Of a stretch of DNA of 64,000 nucleotides, positions 29,998 to 40,343 are shown one piece after another (within the stretch, counting starts at the first letter, position 1; each line of letters starts with the position of its first letter). The notes below the pieces were generated by a model. The model did no database searches, was not told where the DNA came from, and saw only the letters and a program-made list of their open reading frames with translations. The position numbers were made by a program, and so were the translations under genes. This stretch comes from Candidatus Bathyarchaeota archaeon (GTDB lineage Archaea > Thermoproteota > CALKCG01 > B24 > DRYS01): NCBI GenBank assembly GCA_018396535.1, contig JAGTQC010000003.1, positions 112,052 through 176,051 of the forward strand. Direction: 5' to 3'.

Positions 29998-31833
29998 CTA
30001 GGAGGTTGTATCTATAGAAGTTTCCTCCTCTATCGTCTTAAGCTGCATTCTATACATTTCAACGATCTCTGCGGTTGTGGTAGCATCTTCTGGCCGTTTA
30101 TCTTCTCTAAACCTTATGAGTCTTGGAAACCTTATAGCTAAACCACTTTTAGGTCTTATGATACCAAACCCGCATGTATGCATTGGACTTAGTGTTATTT
30201 CATCGCCTATAACCTCCGCGACGATCGCAGGTATAAACCAGTAATCGGCTTCCATATTGGATTCCACACGTGGATGTTTATGGCTTATAAGATATGGCTT
30301 GAATATCTCAGGTAGCCTTGCAAGATCTTCATCAGTAAAACCTGAACCTAGTTTACATATTGTTTCGAATCTATCCTTTTCCGGATTATATACGGCCATG
30401 AGGAGTGCACCATATGTTCCAGCCCTCTTACCTCTGCCTGCGAATGCTCCTACAGCCACGAGATCTACTGTATCAACCATCTCAGACCTATATGACCTCT
30501 TCCATTTAATCCATTGCCATCCCCTTTTACCTGCCTCATATATACTATCTGGAAGTATAGATTTACATATGAGCCCCTCAGTCCCGTCCTGTATAGCTTT
30601 ATGGAAGAAATTCTCTATCTCTTCAATATTCCCACTTATGATATACTGTGCTAGTTTAACCCTATCCGTTTCTTCGATCACTGTCTCCAACACCTTCTTC
30701 CTCTCTAAGTATGGTTTAACAGTTAAATCAATTCCATCTAGATAAAGGATATCGAAAAGGAATAATGTTACAGGGATTTCTTCAGCATACCTATCTATAT
30801 CATACTTCCTCCTTCTCTGAGCTACAACCTGGAATGGTAATAGTTCTCCTGTATTAGGATCTACTGGTACAGCTTCTCCATCGAGTATAGCTTCACGAGC
30901 CTTTAGACATTTCCTAAGAACTTCGACTATATCTGGAAATTGCTTCGTTATGTTCTCTTGTCTTCTAGAGAAGAGGAGAACGGTTCCATCGGATATATGT
31001 GCTTGAATCCTCAGCCCGTCATACTTGTATTCCGCTATACATTTCCCGTTAAGTTTTCCTAAAATCTCGTTTAATGATGAGAGTCTCTCAGCTAACTGTG
31101 GTTTTATAGGTCTTCCTACAGTTATCCTTATGCTTTTTATAGCGTCTACACCGCCTTCGGCTAGAGCCTTAGCGATGAGTCCTATATCCGACGTTATATT
31201 GTATGCTCTTTCTATTATATCCCTAAGTTCTCTACTACCTCCGTATGCTATCGCTAACGCATCTAGTATAGTCATCTCCGCTACACCAAGTCTAAGCCTA
31301 CCTGATGCTATTCGTGAAAGATACTTAGCTTCCTTTGGTGTAGCATCTGTTAGTAATCCAGCAAATAGCTTAATTTTTGTATCCTGAGCCCCCTCACCAG
31401 AGATTCTACACATTTTTTCAAACGTAGAATAAACCTTCTCGACCGTGAGCGGTTGACTGAATAACGCAGCTTTACGTCTAGTAGAAAGTAGCTTCTCGGC
31501 TACAAGCCCAGAATCCCCTAAAGTTTTATACTCTTGCTCCACCCTACTATCTTGTATACCTGTAGCTAGAGATATCGCTCTCAATACAAGTTTATCTGCT
31601 AATCCTATCTCTAATCCTACATAGGGTGGATAAACTTCACCTAGCGTAAGATATACTACCTTATCCATAAGGTTTGGAGGAGTCTCGCGGAATAGGTGTA
31701 CTAATATATCCATCATAGCAAGTCTACTAGTGGTGGCTTCAAGCTTTTCGAAATGTTCAGTTAATGTTTTAAAAAACATATACCCACCTATCTTATGAAA
31801 TATGATAGTCTGGTCGATATAAGGATTGTACAC
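29998..31833 (-). CDS. lig: ATP-dependent DNA ligase
   Basis: EYKYDG, DGEAV, FDILY, EGLICK, WIKWK, RFPR; true start likely at MFFKTL. Confidence 0.97.
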   Translation of the reverse strand: MYNPYIDQTIIFHKIGGYMFFKTLTEHFEKLEATTSRLAMMDILVHLFRETPPNLMDKVVYLTLGEVYPPYVGLEIGLADKLVLRAISLATGIQDSRVEQEYKTLGDSGLVAEKLLSTRRKAALFSQPLTVEKVYSTFEKMCRISGEGAQDTKIKLFAGLLTDATPKEAKYLSRIASGRLRLGVAEMTILDALAIAYGGSRELRDIIERAYNITSDIGLIAKALAEGGVDAIKSIRITVGRPIKPQLAERLSSLNEILGKLNGKCIAEYKYDGLRIQAHISDGTVLLFSRRQENITKQFPDIVEVLRKCLKAREAILDGEAVPVDPNTGELLPFQVVAQRRRKYDIDRYAEEIPVTLFLFDILYLDGIDLTVKPYLERKKVLETVIEETDRVKLAQYIISGNIEEIENFFHKAIQDGTEGLICKSILPDSIYEAGKRGWQWIKWKRSYRSEMVDTVDLVAVGAFAGRGKRAGTYGALLMAVYNPEKDRFETICKLGSGFTDEDLARLPEIFKPYLISHKHPRVESNMEADYWFIPAIVAEVIGDEITLSPMHTCGFGIIRPKSGLAIRFPRLIRFREDKRPEDATTTAEIVEMYRMQLKTIEEETSIDTTS

Positions 31834-31865
31834 CCAAATATACTCCTCCGAATGTTATCCACGTA

Positions 31866-32987
31866 TTAGTATTTGATCGTAAAGCTGAGTACATCCCTGT
31901 ATCCTAAGGATCTAGCTGTATCCTCTGCTTTATTCAAATCATCGAATTCTGTGTGGATGAGAATTCTACCTTTACTAAATCTTTTAGAGAGCTTGACTAT
32001 ATTGCTAGGTTTAACTCCTAGAAGTACTAAGTTTAATCCAGCTTCCAGTATCTTATCGTATAGATGAAACCAGCATGGGTCATCTACATCAGGTTTCCCA
32101 GCTCCAGGAGTCCATTGTATAGCTTTCAACCCGGGTAGAGAGCAGATCCTATTAATATGCTGGATTTCACCAAGCCCATCGAGATGGTATACAGGATACT
32201 CTAGTCTTTCACATAATCTAGCTAGGGGTTTAAAAGCTAGATCCTCGAATAATGTAGGTGACATATAAACTGAAAGGTCACATTGTATAGGGTATCCTAA
32301 ACCTGGATATAGAATATTCATCCAGCATGACATTACGCTAAGGTTCGAAAGTATCATTTTTGAGTGGCGATTATATACTTCAAGCCATGCATCCACTACT
32401 ATATCTAATAACTTTACTACTTTAGATCTATTCCTAAAGCTATCTATGAATAATCTTTCAACTCCTCTAAGCATACCTGCCACATCGGTAGGTCCACCTA
32501 TATCGGTAATACCTACTATAAATTTCCCCCTCCCTCTTCTACATGCTTCTATGGTAAGTCTATCTGTAAGTTCCCAGTAATCTCCTTTAGGTTTAGCTTC
32601 AAGCTTATCTAAGTAGCTCCAATCGAATCCCCCATCAAACCATACAGTATCTTCCATGAGTATAGGTTTAGCTCCAAGGAAAGCCGAAAGGGCGCCTGGC
32701 CCTAAATTTATCCATAGCCTCGGAAAACCGTCTCCGATAAATACTGTTTTATCCACCCATTCCTCAAATAGATCTATAACCCTATTAGGGTTCTCCCCAT
32801 GTCTGATTAATTTAACTATACTCCATGAATCCCACGATTTCCAAGATCCTATATACATAGGATTGGGTGCCGAGGCTACCAAAAGCGCATCTGTATAGGT
32901 TTCTCCTTCAAACCATGCTTTAAAATCGTCTATTAATCGATTTATATAATCCATTCTGTTATTAGACTTCACTAGTTGACTATCCAT
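31866..32987 (-). CDS. Uroporphyrinogen decarboxylase/cobalamin methyltransferase-like TIM barrel, function unknown
   Basis: DIGGPTDVAGMLRG, IQCD..YMSP, YHLDG, IQWTPG. Confidence 0.55.
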   Translation of the reverse strand: MDSQLVKSNNRMDYINRLIDDFKAWFEGETYTDALLVASAPNPMYIGSWKSWDSWSIVKLIRHGENPNRVIDLFEEWVDKTVFIGDGFPRLWINLGPGALSAFLGAKPILMEDTVWFDGGFDWSYLDKLEAKPKGDYWELTDRLTIEACRRGRGKFIVGITDIGGPTDVAGMLRGVERLFIDSFRNRSKVVKLLDIVVDAWLEVYNRHSKMILSNLSVMSCWMNILYPGLGYPIQCDLSVYMSPTLFEDLAFKPLARLCERLEYPVYHLDGLGEIQHINRICSLPGLKAIQWTPGAGKPDVDDPCWFHLYDKILEAGLNLVLLGVKPSNIVKLSKRFSKGRILIHTEFDDLNKAEDTARSLGYRDVLSFTIKY

Positions 32988-33039
32988 ATAAATCTTACTA
33001 TGATTATAGGTTATGTTTAGGTTATGTTGCTGATATATT

Positions 33040-34536
33040 TTAGCTTAAGCATATCTTAATTTTAGTATCCAAATCTATGTTATCAAATCTAAATGAGACT
33101 ATACTATCTCTAAATGCTGATAGATCCACGTATTCACCATACTTTATCGTATAATGGTCTTCCTCTGCCTTAAGGACTGGTAGACTTACGTCATAAGAAT
33201 ATATGGTAAGTTTAGTATACTTATCCCTCCTTGGATAGATAACGATCCTAGGGTTTTTATAACCGTATAAAGGTATGCCGCCCCATGGCATGTCTCTTAT
33301 ATGTTTACCGAGTAGCTGGAAGTATACAGGTTTAGCTATAGAGGTTAATAGCTTACCCTGATCTAATGCTATAAGTTCTCTCGTACCTGTATCATTAGGA
33401 GTAGCGTCCTCTGCTGCGAGATTTGCTTCATTCGACAGAGCTACGATCAATCTATCACCTATACTTTCGAATCCCGTTATTCTTGCTCCAGCAGTAAACA
33501 CTATACGTGCTATTGGAGGAGTTATGTAAAGTAGTATCGATGGACCAACTATGAAGTTGAAAAACTCTTTAAGCTTCTCTTCAAACTCGTTTCTAGGATG
33601 CACTATTCCATGCGTATAACTATTAAAAGCTACGAGTATACCTCCAGCTATCGATTTAGCCATAGTTCTAGAAGGACTATACCCTGTATATCCGAAATCA
33701 AAGAGTCTTACAAAAGTTAATCCGTCGATATCACCTATAGGATCACCTATTATCGCACCACCTCTAACGAAGAAGAAGATGCGTGAATAGGCTGAGGTAG
33801 CGCATCCGGAATATGGCCACCATACAGTTCCACCATCTATAGACGCCTCTCTGTAGTCTATCTCCTTCACTTCAAGACTCTTAGTAACGAGATCTATCGT
33901 CTGTATAGCTTCAACACCTTTCACCCAACTTCTAGTAACGTCAAAGCATACTTGATCGAGATACCTTGTACCTTTTAAACCAGGTATACAGCTTATACAC
34001 TTCATATAACCCCCCCTTCTATCTATATAGTATATACCTAGATTTCTATGTCCATCAGCTCTACCCATGAATAATCCATCGCCTACAGGATCGTATATTA
34101 TCTCCGATACTTCACCAGTCCATTCTGTTTCATGTCTTATAGAATCTGTCCATAAGACCTTCACCCTATCCTCACATACATTGTATGAATGTAGATGGCT
34201 AAACTTATTATGGAAAAGTATCCTCCCTCTTCTATCAACCTTACCCGAATATATCGCTGGTGCATGGACCCATCCTCCAAAGTATATTTCATCATCTATA
34301 GTCTCAACTGCGTTATACGTATCCCCGCCTGAGCGTGGACCATGCCCCTCTCCCACGAGATCAAATCCATATACTCTACTCCGATTTAATCCTATGAAGT
34401 AGGCTTCAGCTTCAAAAGCCAGCGTGAAGTATAGTATACCCTTATAGTATCTAAGTCCAAATATGCCTCCCGACCCCCATTCAGGACTATATCGTGGATT
34501 ATACCGAAAATCCATTATTCTATCGATTAAATTCAT
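33040..34536 (-). CDS. DUF2139 family archaeal protein
   Basis: PRYSPEWGSGGIFGL, TLAFEAEA, SGGDTYNA, FGGWVHAP. Confidence 0.7.
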   Translation of the reverse strand: MNLIDRIMDFRYNPRYSPEWGSGGIFGLRYYKGILYFTLAFEAEAYFIGLNRSRVYGFDLVGEGHGPRSGGDTYNAVETIDDEIYFGGWVHAPAIYSGKVDRRGRILFHNKFSHLHSYNVCEDRVKVLWTDSIRHETEWTGEVSEIIYDPVGDGLFMGRADGHRNLGIYYIDRRGGYMKCISCIPGLKGTRYLDQVCFDVTRSWVKGVEAIQTIDLVTKSLEVKEIDYREASIDGGTVWWPYSGCATSAYSRIFFFVRGGAIIGDPIGDIDGLTFVRLFDFGYTGYSPSRTMAKSIAGGILVAFNSYTHGIVHPRNEFEEKLKEFFNFIVGPSILLYITPPIARIVFTAGARITGFESIGDRLIVALSNEANLAAEDATPNDTGTRELIALDQGKLLTSIAKPVYFQLLGKHIRDMPWGGIPLYGYKNPRIVIYPRRDKYTKLTIYSYDVSLPVLKAEEDHYTIKYGEYVDLSAFRDSIVSFRFDNIDLDTKIKICLS

Positions 34537-34577
34537 TGAATAAACCTTTCATTAACCTGGTTTTTAATATTTACGGT

Positions 34578-35801
34578 TTACTCTCCATAACCTTTAACCA
34601 TAAATATAAAGTCGTCTACTCCATCAGAGTATATAGAGGCTACTAGTGTATCACCAACTTTTATGATGGTATCAGGCTTCGCTCTTATCCATCTTCCATC
34701 CCTCATAATCGCGACGATCCATACACCTGTACTACTCTGCATACTTATCTCTTTCAAAGTTTTACCAATTATAGGCGACCCTTCTGGGACATCTACCTTA
34801 ACTATTACTTCATCTGCCTCCTCCAAGCTTTTCTTCAATACTGGATGTAGTCCTCGAGCTGAAATCAACGTATCCGCTATTTTAGCTGCAGCATCAGCTA
34901 TTTCTTCAGTTGCTAGGGACATTCTTATTAATCCTAGGACACCCTTTGTATCATCTAGCATAGGCTTCATAGATAATATATATAGCTCAAACTCGGTATG
35001 CTTCTCATCCATATACTCCTCTAAGAATAAAACTTCCTCTGCAAGTTCACTACTACCTAGCAATATCGATGAGTATGCTAGATCTAGCATAAGCTCTGAT
35101 GTATCCTTAAGCTCTACAAGCTTTTTAACAGCTTCCTCCAGCTCCTTAGGAGTAATTCCTTCAATACCTGTATACCTGCACTCCACCTCCTCCCCTACCT
35201 CTTCAAGCTCTTCTATACTTTTAGCAGTCCCCCTCGCGTATAATACATCCCCTTCTATTATCACATCATCTTCATCAGGATCCACTATCAAATTCTTCCC
35301 TCTCCTTATAGCTATTATATCAACGCCTATATCTGATAGTATCTTTGAACCTCCTATTTTCGTACCAGCTAGCTCTGAATCTGTTTTCACTCTAATGCAC
35401 GTAAGCTTCTCGCTTGCACGGCTAAATGCTTCTCTTACTAATGGGTGCACTTTTATCTTCTTGAGAGTGATTATTGCTAAATCTCCAGCTGCATCTGATA
35501 TCTTATCGATAGCCGATGCTATACTAAGTATCGGTAGCAGGTTTTCAGCATCTTTCACACTTCTACTCGCTGCCATACAGTTTATCTGTAGAAGTTTAAC
35601 TAGATAATCCATCCTCTTCTCCAACTCCAACACTTCCTCTGCAAGTTCTTCATCATCGAATAATATCGATGAGTATGCTAGATCTAGCATAAGCTCTGAT
35701 GTATCCTTAAGCTCTATTAGGAGCTCTCTAACAGGTATAGGCTTATAAGAGATCTTCTCCTCATCCTCATTGTGAGAGTTGAATTCTGAAATACGTTTCA
35801 A
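34578..35801 (-). CDS. Duplicated PhoU-like + TrkA-C (RCK_C) domain protein
   Basis: Two copies of ELKDTSELMLDLAYSSIL...ELAEEV, each followed by an RCK_C domain (IIAIRRG / IVAIMRDG). Confidence 0.85.
   Translation of the reverse strand: MKRISEFNSHNEDEEKISYKPIPVRELLIELKDTSELMLDLAYSSILFDDEELAEEVLELEKRMDYLVKLLQINCMAASRSVKDAENLLPILSIASAIDKISDAAGDLAIITLKKIKVHPLVREAFSRASEKLTCIRVKTDSELAGTKIGGSKILSDIGVDIIAIRRGKNLIVDPDEDDVIIEGDVLYARGTAKSIEELEEVGEEVECRYTGIEGITPKELEEAVKKLVELKDTSELMLDLAYSSILLGSSELAEEVLFLEEYMDEKHTEFELYILSMKPMLDDTKGVLGLIRMSLATEEIADAAAKIADTLISARGLHPVLKKSLEEADEVIVKVDVPEGSPIIGKTLKEISMQSSTGVWIVAIMRDGRWIRAKPDTIIKVGDTLVASIYSDGVDDFIFMVKGYGE
35062..35116. repeat. 55-bp perfect intragenic repeat (second copy 35662..35716, exactly 600 bp away)
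   Basis: aatatcgatgagtatgctagatctagcataagctctgatgtatccttaagctcta occurs twice. Confidence 0.95.
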
Positions 35802-35911
35802 TTTACCCTTTTCCTGTTATGATTTTTCGACCCTATCTTCTAAATAAATTTTTAGGTTAGTATTACACCACTACGTCTAGGTCCAGATATCCCCCTAGTA
35901 GAGTACTTAGA

Positions 35912-37108
35912 GTGTGGATCCTAGCTATGACGAAGAGAGTAGATTCGGATGGTAGGAGACTTAAAGTATTCAAAGAGACCTTATTAGCACTTCAAACAGA
36001 CCTAGGGGGTCTCCTTGCTGGTAGTATAGCGGCTCTTTGGATCTCCGCGTTAACAGCCTATTATTGGACTGTGATTCTCTACCCTATGATTTTAAGTGTT
36101 AGAGGGGCTATCAACGGTATTTTAAGCGGAAGACTGAGTACTGGACTGCATCTAAAACTTGTAAACCCGAAGCTTAAGGAGAATACAGAATATTTTCACG
36201 CCATCCTATCTGCTCTATTTACCACAACAATGCTTATGAGTATTCTAGGTAGCTTCATAGTATTCTTACTCTCGCATATACTTTACGGTATAGAACTTCA
36301 ACTTCTCCCTATAATAATATCCGTAGCTATAGTATCGCAGTATGCTACCACTCTAATAACAGAACCCTTAACATCTTTTCTTTCATTTACATTCTATAAA
36401 CGTGGAATAGATCCGGATGTAGTAACTTACCCTATTTCATCTACAATGACTGATATAGTGGTTACCTTCATGTATATTTCAGCAATACTTTCCGCTATAA
36501 AGGGTTATACATGGATCATATTCTTTCTAACATTAGTATTCGTATCTGCAACCATCTACATAATCTTTAGTTTCAGAAAGAATGAGGATTATACAAGGAT
36601 TATACGTGAAGCTTTCTTCGTTGTCTGTATAACCTTGCTTATATCCTCTATTGGAGGAGTGTTTCTATCTAGAATTAGAAGAATTATCGAAGAAAAACCT
36701 GGTGTAGTAGTCGTTTATCCAGCACTTATAGATACGATAGGAGATATAGGAGCAAGCTTTGGATCCATGTGTACTACAAGGATTATGTTAGGTTTAATCG
36801 AATTAAAGATTAGAGGTGTTATAAAGCTTCTATGGGAGATCATTCAGATGGTATCTGCTGCATTGATAATGTTCATACTATACTCGATGTTATCTTTCGT
36901 TGCTGGTGGAGGCTTCGTCTCGATTCTAGCTGTACTTTTAACATTCCTCCTAGTTGCACCGTTTACAATCGTTTTCTCATTTATTATGGCGATAGTTACT
37001 TTTAGATTCGGTTTAGATCCTGATGATTTTGTAATACCTTTAGAAACGACGTTTACCGATATGGCGTTAACTGTTGCTCTATCGTCGATTCTGTACGTAA
37101 TGGCTTAG
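35912..37108 (+). CDS. MgtE-like integral membrane divalent cation transporter (two MgtE membrane domains)
   Basis: RLSTGLHL, GIDPD and GLDPDD motifs, about 10 TM helices; divergent from the PhoU/TrkA-C gene. Confidence 0.8.
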   Translation: MWILAMTKRVDSDGRRLKVFKETLLALQTDLGGLLAGSIAALWISALTAYYWTVILYPMILSVRGAINGILSGRLSTGLHLKLVNPKLKENTEYFHAILSALFTTTMLMSILGSFIVFLLSHILYGIELQLLPIIISVAIVSQYATTLITEPLTSFLSFTFYKRGIDPDVVTYPISSTMTDIVVTFMYISAILSAIKGYTWIIFFLTLVFVSATIYIIFSFRKNEDYTRIIREAFFVVCITLLISSIGGVFLSRIRRIIEEKPGVVVVYPALIDTIGDIGASFGSMCTTRIMLGLIELKIRGVIKLLWEIIQMVSAALIMFILYSMLSFVAGGGFVSILAVLLTFLLVAPFTIVFSFIMAIVTFRFGLDPDDFVIPLETTFTDMALTVALSSILYVMA

Positions 37109-37271
37109 ATATAAGTTCTTTTCCATGCTCAGACACTCTATGATTAATACATATTTTACCTTATATAATACTACAATTTATATTGTATTACTATGGATAT
37201 TTAACTTCTAGATATTCATAGTAACAAGTTTAGTTTCTATAAATTTGTCATTTATTTCAAATCATTAGAAT

Positions 37272-38402
37272 TTATATCAATCCTAGTTCTTCAAATACAT
37301 ATATTTTAATATTCTGTGGTTTTCTAGCTACTTCAGCCATCCTACGGCCTACTACTACATTAATTTTCTTTTTAAGAGCTAGATCAAGTATTCTTTGTGA
37401 TATTACCCCATCGAATACTATAGCTCTTACATTTTCAACAGATTCTAGTCTTTCGGCTAACTGACTTACAGATACCCTTTCCATAACATCACCTTTCTCA
37501 TTTAATAGTAATCCTTCAAGTGTATCCTTCACATCGGATGCAAGTTTCTTCAAGAGATCTACATTAAGTTCTACCCCTCTATAGGCTTCTATGGGTACTT
37601 TCCGTTCTAGAATTTCGAGTATCTCTTTCGGTGTTAGATCTTCAACCTCTCTTCCCGATGGTGCTCTAGCTACATAATCTATTTTAATATCTCTTTGCAA
37701 AAGTTCTTGTAAGATTAGGTCGCCAGCTCTATCACCATCTAAGAGAACAGTAACTTCCCTCTTACTCTTTGTTAATTTAGCTACTGATTCAGGTATCTTA
37801 ACGCCTTCTATAGATACCACATTTTCTATACCTGCTCTAAGTAGGTTTATAACATCAGCACGACCTTCAACAAGTATAAGCGTGTCATCTTGAAGAGCTT
37901 TAGGACCCATAGGTATATCCTCTTCGCCAAACGATATAACCTCAGCTTTACCAGATGCAACCTTCTCCAGTTCTCTACGTATATTCTCTATAGTTGTAGC
38001 CGAATCTATATTCCAACTCTGCAAGATCTCCTTCGCTCTTTTAACGATGAATTTAAGCTTCTCTTCTCTAACATCTTCTATCCTATCTAACTTTATCTCC
38101 GCTTTATATGGACCTACCCTATCTATGCTTTCAAGTGAAGCTGCTATTAGTGCTACCGAAACTCTATCTAGCGAAGTGGGTATTATAACCTCTCCTACTG
38201 TCTTATTCTGCTTCTTCGAAAGTTTTATCTCTATCCTTCCAACTCTACCATTCTTCTGAAGTTCTCTAAGATCGAGTTCAGCCCCAAAGAGCCCCTCAGT
38301 CTGACCGAAAATAGCTCCTACAACATCCGGTTTCTCGACTAACCCATCTACTTCGAACCTAGCGTAAACGATATACTTGAGAGATAAGCTTTGTTCACTC
38401 AT
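37272..38402 (-). CDS. dnaG: Archaeal DnaG (primase-like exosome subunit)
   Basis: VEKPDVVGAIFGQTEGL, VEGRADV, DGDRAG TOPRIM. Confidence 0.96.
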   Translation of the reverse strand: MSEQSLSLKYIVYARFEVDGLVEKPDVVGAIFGQTEGLFGAELDLRELQKNGRVGRIEIKLSKKQNKTVGEVIIPTSLDRVSVALIAASLESIDRVGPYKAEIKLDRIEDVREEKLKFIVKRAKEILQSWNIDSATTIENIRRELEKVASGKAEVISFGEEDIPMGPKALQDDTLILVEGRADVINLLRAGIENVVSIEGVKIPESVAKLTKSKREVTVLLDGDRAGDLILQELLQRDIKIDYVARAPSGREVEDLTPKEILEILERKVPIEAYRGVELNVDLLKKLASDVKDTLEGLLLNEKGDVMERVSVSQLAERLESVENVRAIVFDGVISQRILDLALKKKINVVVGRRMAEVARKPQNIKIYVFEELGLI

Positions 38403-38638
38403 ACCCTACACCAGTATACTGTAAGTTAAGTAGAGATGGAAATCTCGCTAAAAAATATTTTGACTTAAGCATTATGAATCTTAGGTGAACCTCTCGTTCT
38501 GATAACCTTACCTAGATTAAACTAGCATTGTATTCTTACTTTTTCATCAATTACTAAAAATATAACTATATAAGTTTTACTATTGTGTATTAAGTGTATC
38601 TATTCATAATTCTATGTAAATTGGATCATTTAGTTAAG

Positions 38639-38746
38639 TCGGGGGCGGCTGTGTCCCCATACACTAACGGCCAGATTTCATCGACCGGGTGCTCCACCCT
38701 GCTCCATCCGGTACTCTTCGTATGGGGCTTAATACGCCGCCCCCGA
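38639..38746. ncRNA. Candidate structured ncRNA (family unknown), probably minus strand
   Basis: Nested stems: 11-bp TCGGGGGCGGC/GCCGCCCCCGA, 8-bp CCCCATAC/GTATGGGG, ACCGG/CCGGT; GC island within an AT-rich intergenic region. Confidence 0.55.
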
Positions 38747-38786
38747 GATAAAGTTATTAGGGCTCCCTACGAATTAAGGTTTATCT

Positions 38787-39881
38787 TTGAGGGAGATAGC
38801 GGTGGATGTAGAGGATAAACTCCGCATAATCACTAGAGGGCTAGAGGAGGTTATAACAGAATCTAGACTTAGATCGATGCTAGATGAAGGGAGAAAGCTT
38901 AAGGGTTATATTGGCGTGGAACCCTCAGGTTTATTCTCCATCGGATGGCTTATATGGGCTGAGAAGTTTAAGGAACTTGTAGATTTAGGTATAGATATGA
39001 TCTTATTAGAGGCAACATGGCATGCATGGGTAAACGATAAACTTGGAGGTAATCTTGAGAATATAAGACTTTGCGCTGATTACATAGAGCATTGCCTTAA
39101 AGCTATAGGTGTAGATATGAGTAGAGTTCAACTCATCAGAGCTGATAGTATCGTAGAAGATTCAGATTACTGGGCTCTAGTATTGAAAGTCGCTAAGAAT
39201 CTTAGTTTAGCTAGGGTTAAGAGAGCTATAACTATAATGGGTAGGAAATCTAGTGAAGCATCCATGGATTTCTCGAAGCTTATATACCCATGTATGCAGG
39301 TATCCGATATATTTTACCTTGGATTAGATATATGTCTAGGAGGTATGGATCAGAGAAGAGCTCACGTATTAGCTATAGAAATTGCTGAGAAGCTCGGTTA
39401 TAGGAAGCCTATAGCGTTACATACACCGCTCTTAATAGGTTTATCAGGTGTTGGTAGGATGGATGTAGCTAGTATGAGTGAGGATGACTGGGTTTCTGTT
39501 AAGATGAGTAAATCCAAGCCTGAAACCTGCATATTCATTCACGATAGTGAGGATGCGATTAGAGGTAAGATTATGAAAGCATACTGCCCTCCGAGAGAAG
39601 TTAAAGGTAACCCTATAACTGAGATATGTAGACTTATAATTTTTAGAAAAGATGGATATAAGCTTACGGTAAAGAGAAGAAATGCTCCTTGCTTAGAAGT
39701 TGAATCCTACAGTGAACTTGAATCCATGTATATTAAGGGGGATATTCATCCACTAGACTTAAAGGAAGCTGTAGCCGAAGCCTTAATAGAAAGACTTAAG
39801 CCAATCAGAGACTATTTCAATAGTAAGAGCGATGCATATAAGTTACTTAAGGTTGTAGAGTGTATGAGTATAACGAGGTGA
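38787..39881 (+). CDS. tyrS: Tyrosyl-tRNA synthetase
   Basis: GYIGVEPSG, YPCMQVSDI, GGMDQR, KMSKS, HPLDLK. Confidence 0.95.
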   Translation: MREIAVDVEDKLRIITRGLEEVITESRLRSMLDEGRKLKGYIGVEPSGLFSIGWLIWAEKFKELVDLGIDMILLEATWHAWVNDKLGGNLENIRLCADYIEHCLKAIGVDMSRVQLIRADSIVEDSDYWALVLKVAKNLSLARVKRAITIMGRKSSEASMDFSKLIYPCMQVSDIFYLGLDICLGGMDQRRAHVLAIEIAEKLGYRKPIALHTPLLIGLSGVGRMDVASMSEDDWVSVKMSKSKPETCIFIHDSEDAIRGKIMKAYCPPREVKGNPITEICRLIIFRKDGYKLTVKRRNAPCLEVESYSELESMYIKGDIHPLDLKEAVAEALIERLKPIRDYFNSKSDAYKLLKVVECMSITR

Positions 39882-39887
39882 ACCTTA

Positions 39888-40283
39888 TTGAATCGATGTA
39901 TGATGGAACGTTATGAGGAAGCTTATAGAATCCTAAAGGAGATGGAATCCTATTGTAACGGTAAGATTCTTCTAGTAGAAGGTGTTAAGGATCGTGAAGT
40001 TCTTAAAGCTTTAGGTTTGAATTTTAACATTTTAATTATTAGAAATGGTGAAAAACTGGAGAGTATATTTGAAAAATTAGAAAATATGGATGAAGTTGTC
40101 ATACTTACAGATTTTGATCCCCAAGGTGTAGAGTTAGCATACAAGATACTGAATAGACTAGAGTCAGTTGGTGTTAAAGTCAACTTAACATATTGGCTTA
40201 AACTTAGAAATCTATTAAAAAGCGAGATTAAAGATGTAGAGGGTTTAAGAAAGCTACTTGAAGTTCTACCCTTTATAAGGTAA
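39888..40283 (+). CDS. Small TOPRIM domain protein (RNase M5-like/UPF0292)
   Basis: LVEGVKD, ILTDFDPQG, IKDVEGL. Confidence 0.85.
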   Translation: MNRCMMERYEEAYRILKEMESYCNGKILLVEGVKDREVLKALGLNFNILIIRNGEKLESIFEKLENMDEVVILTDFDPQGVELAYKILNRLESVGVKVNLTYWLKLRNLLKSEIKDVEGLRKLLEVLPFIR

Positions 40284-40343
40284 GGTTAACCTTCTCACTC
40301 AAAACATATATAGTCGTTTTAAGCATTATATGATCGAGGAGTT

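Noticed and set aside
34663-35607. 314-aa antisense ORF
   Set aside because: Ser/Ile-rich mirror of the PhoU/TrkA-C gene, explained by codon bias; the other short antisense ORFs in the track were rejected for the same reason.
38594-38818. 74-aa ORF upstream of tyrS
   Set aside because: No recognisable motif or SD; it runs through the GC-rich structured element, which explains the lack of stops.
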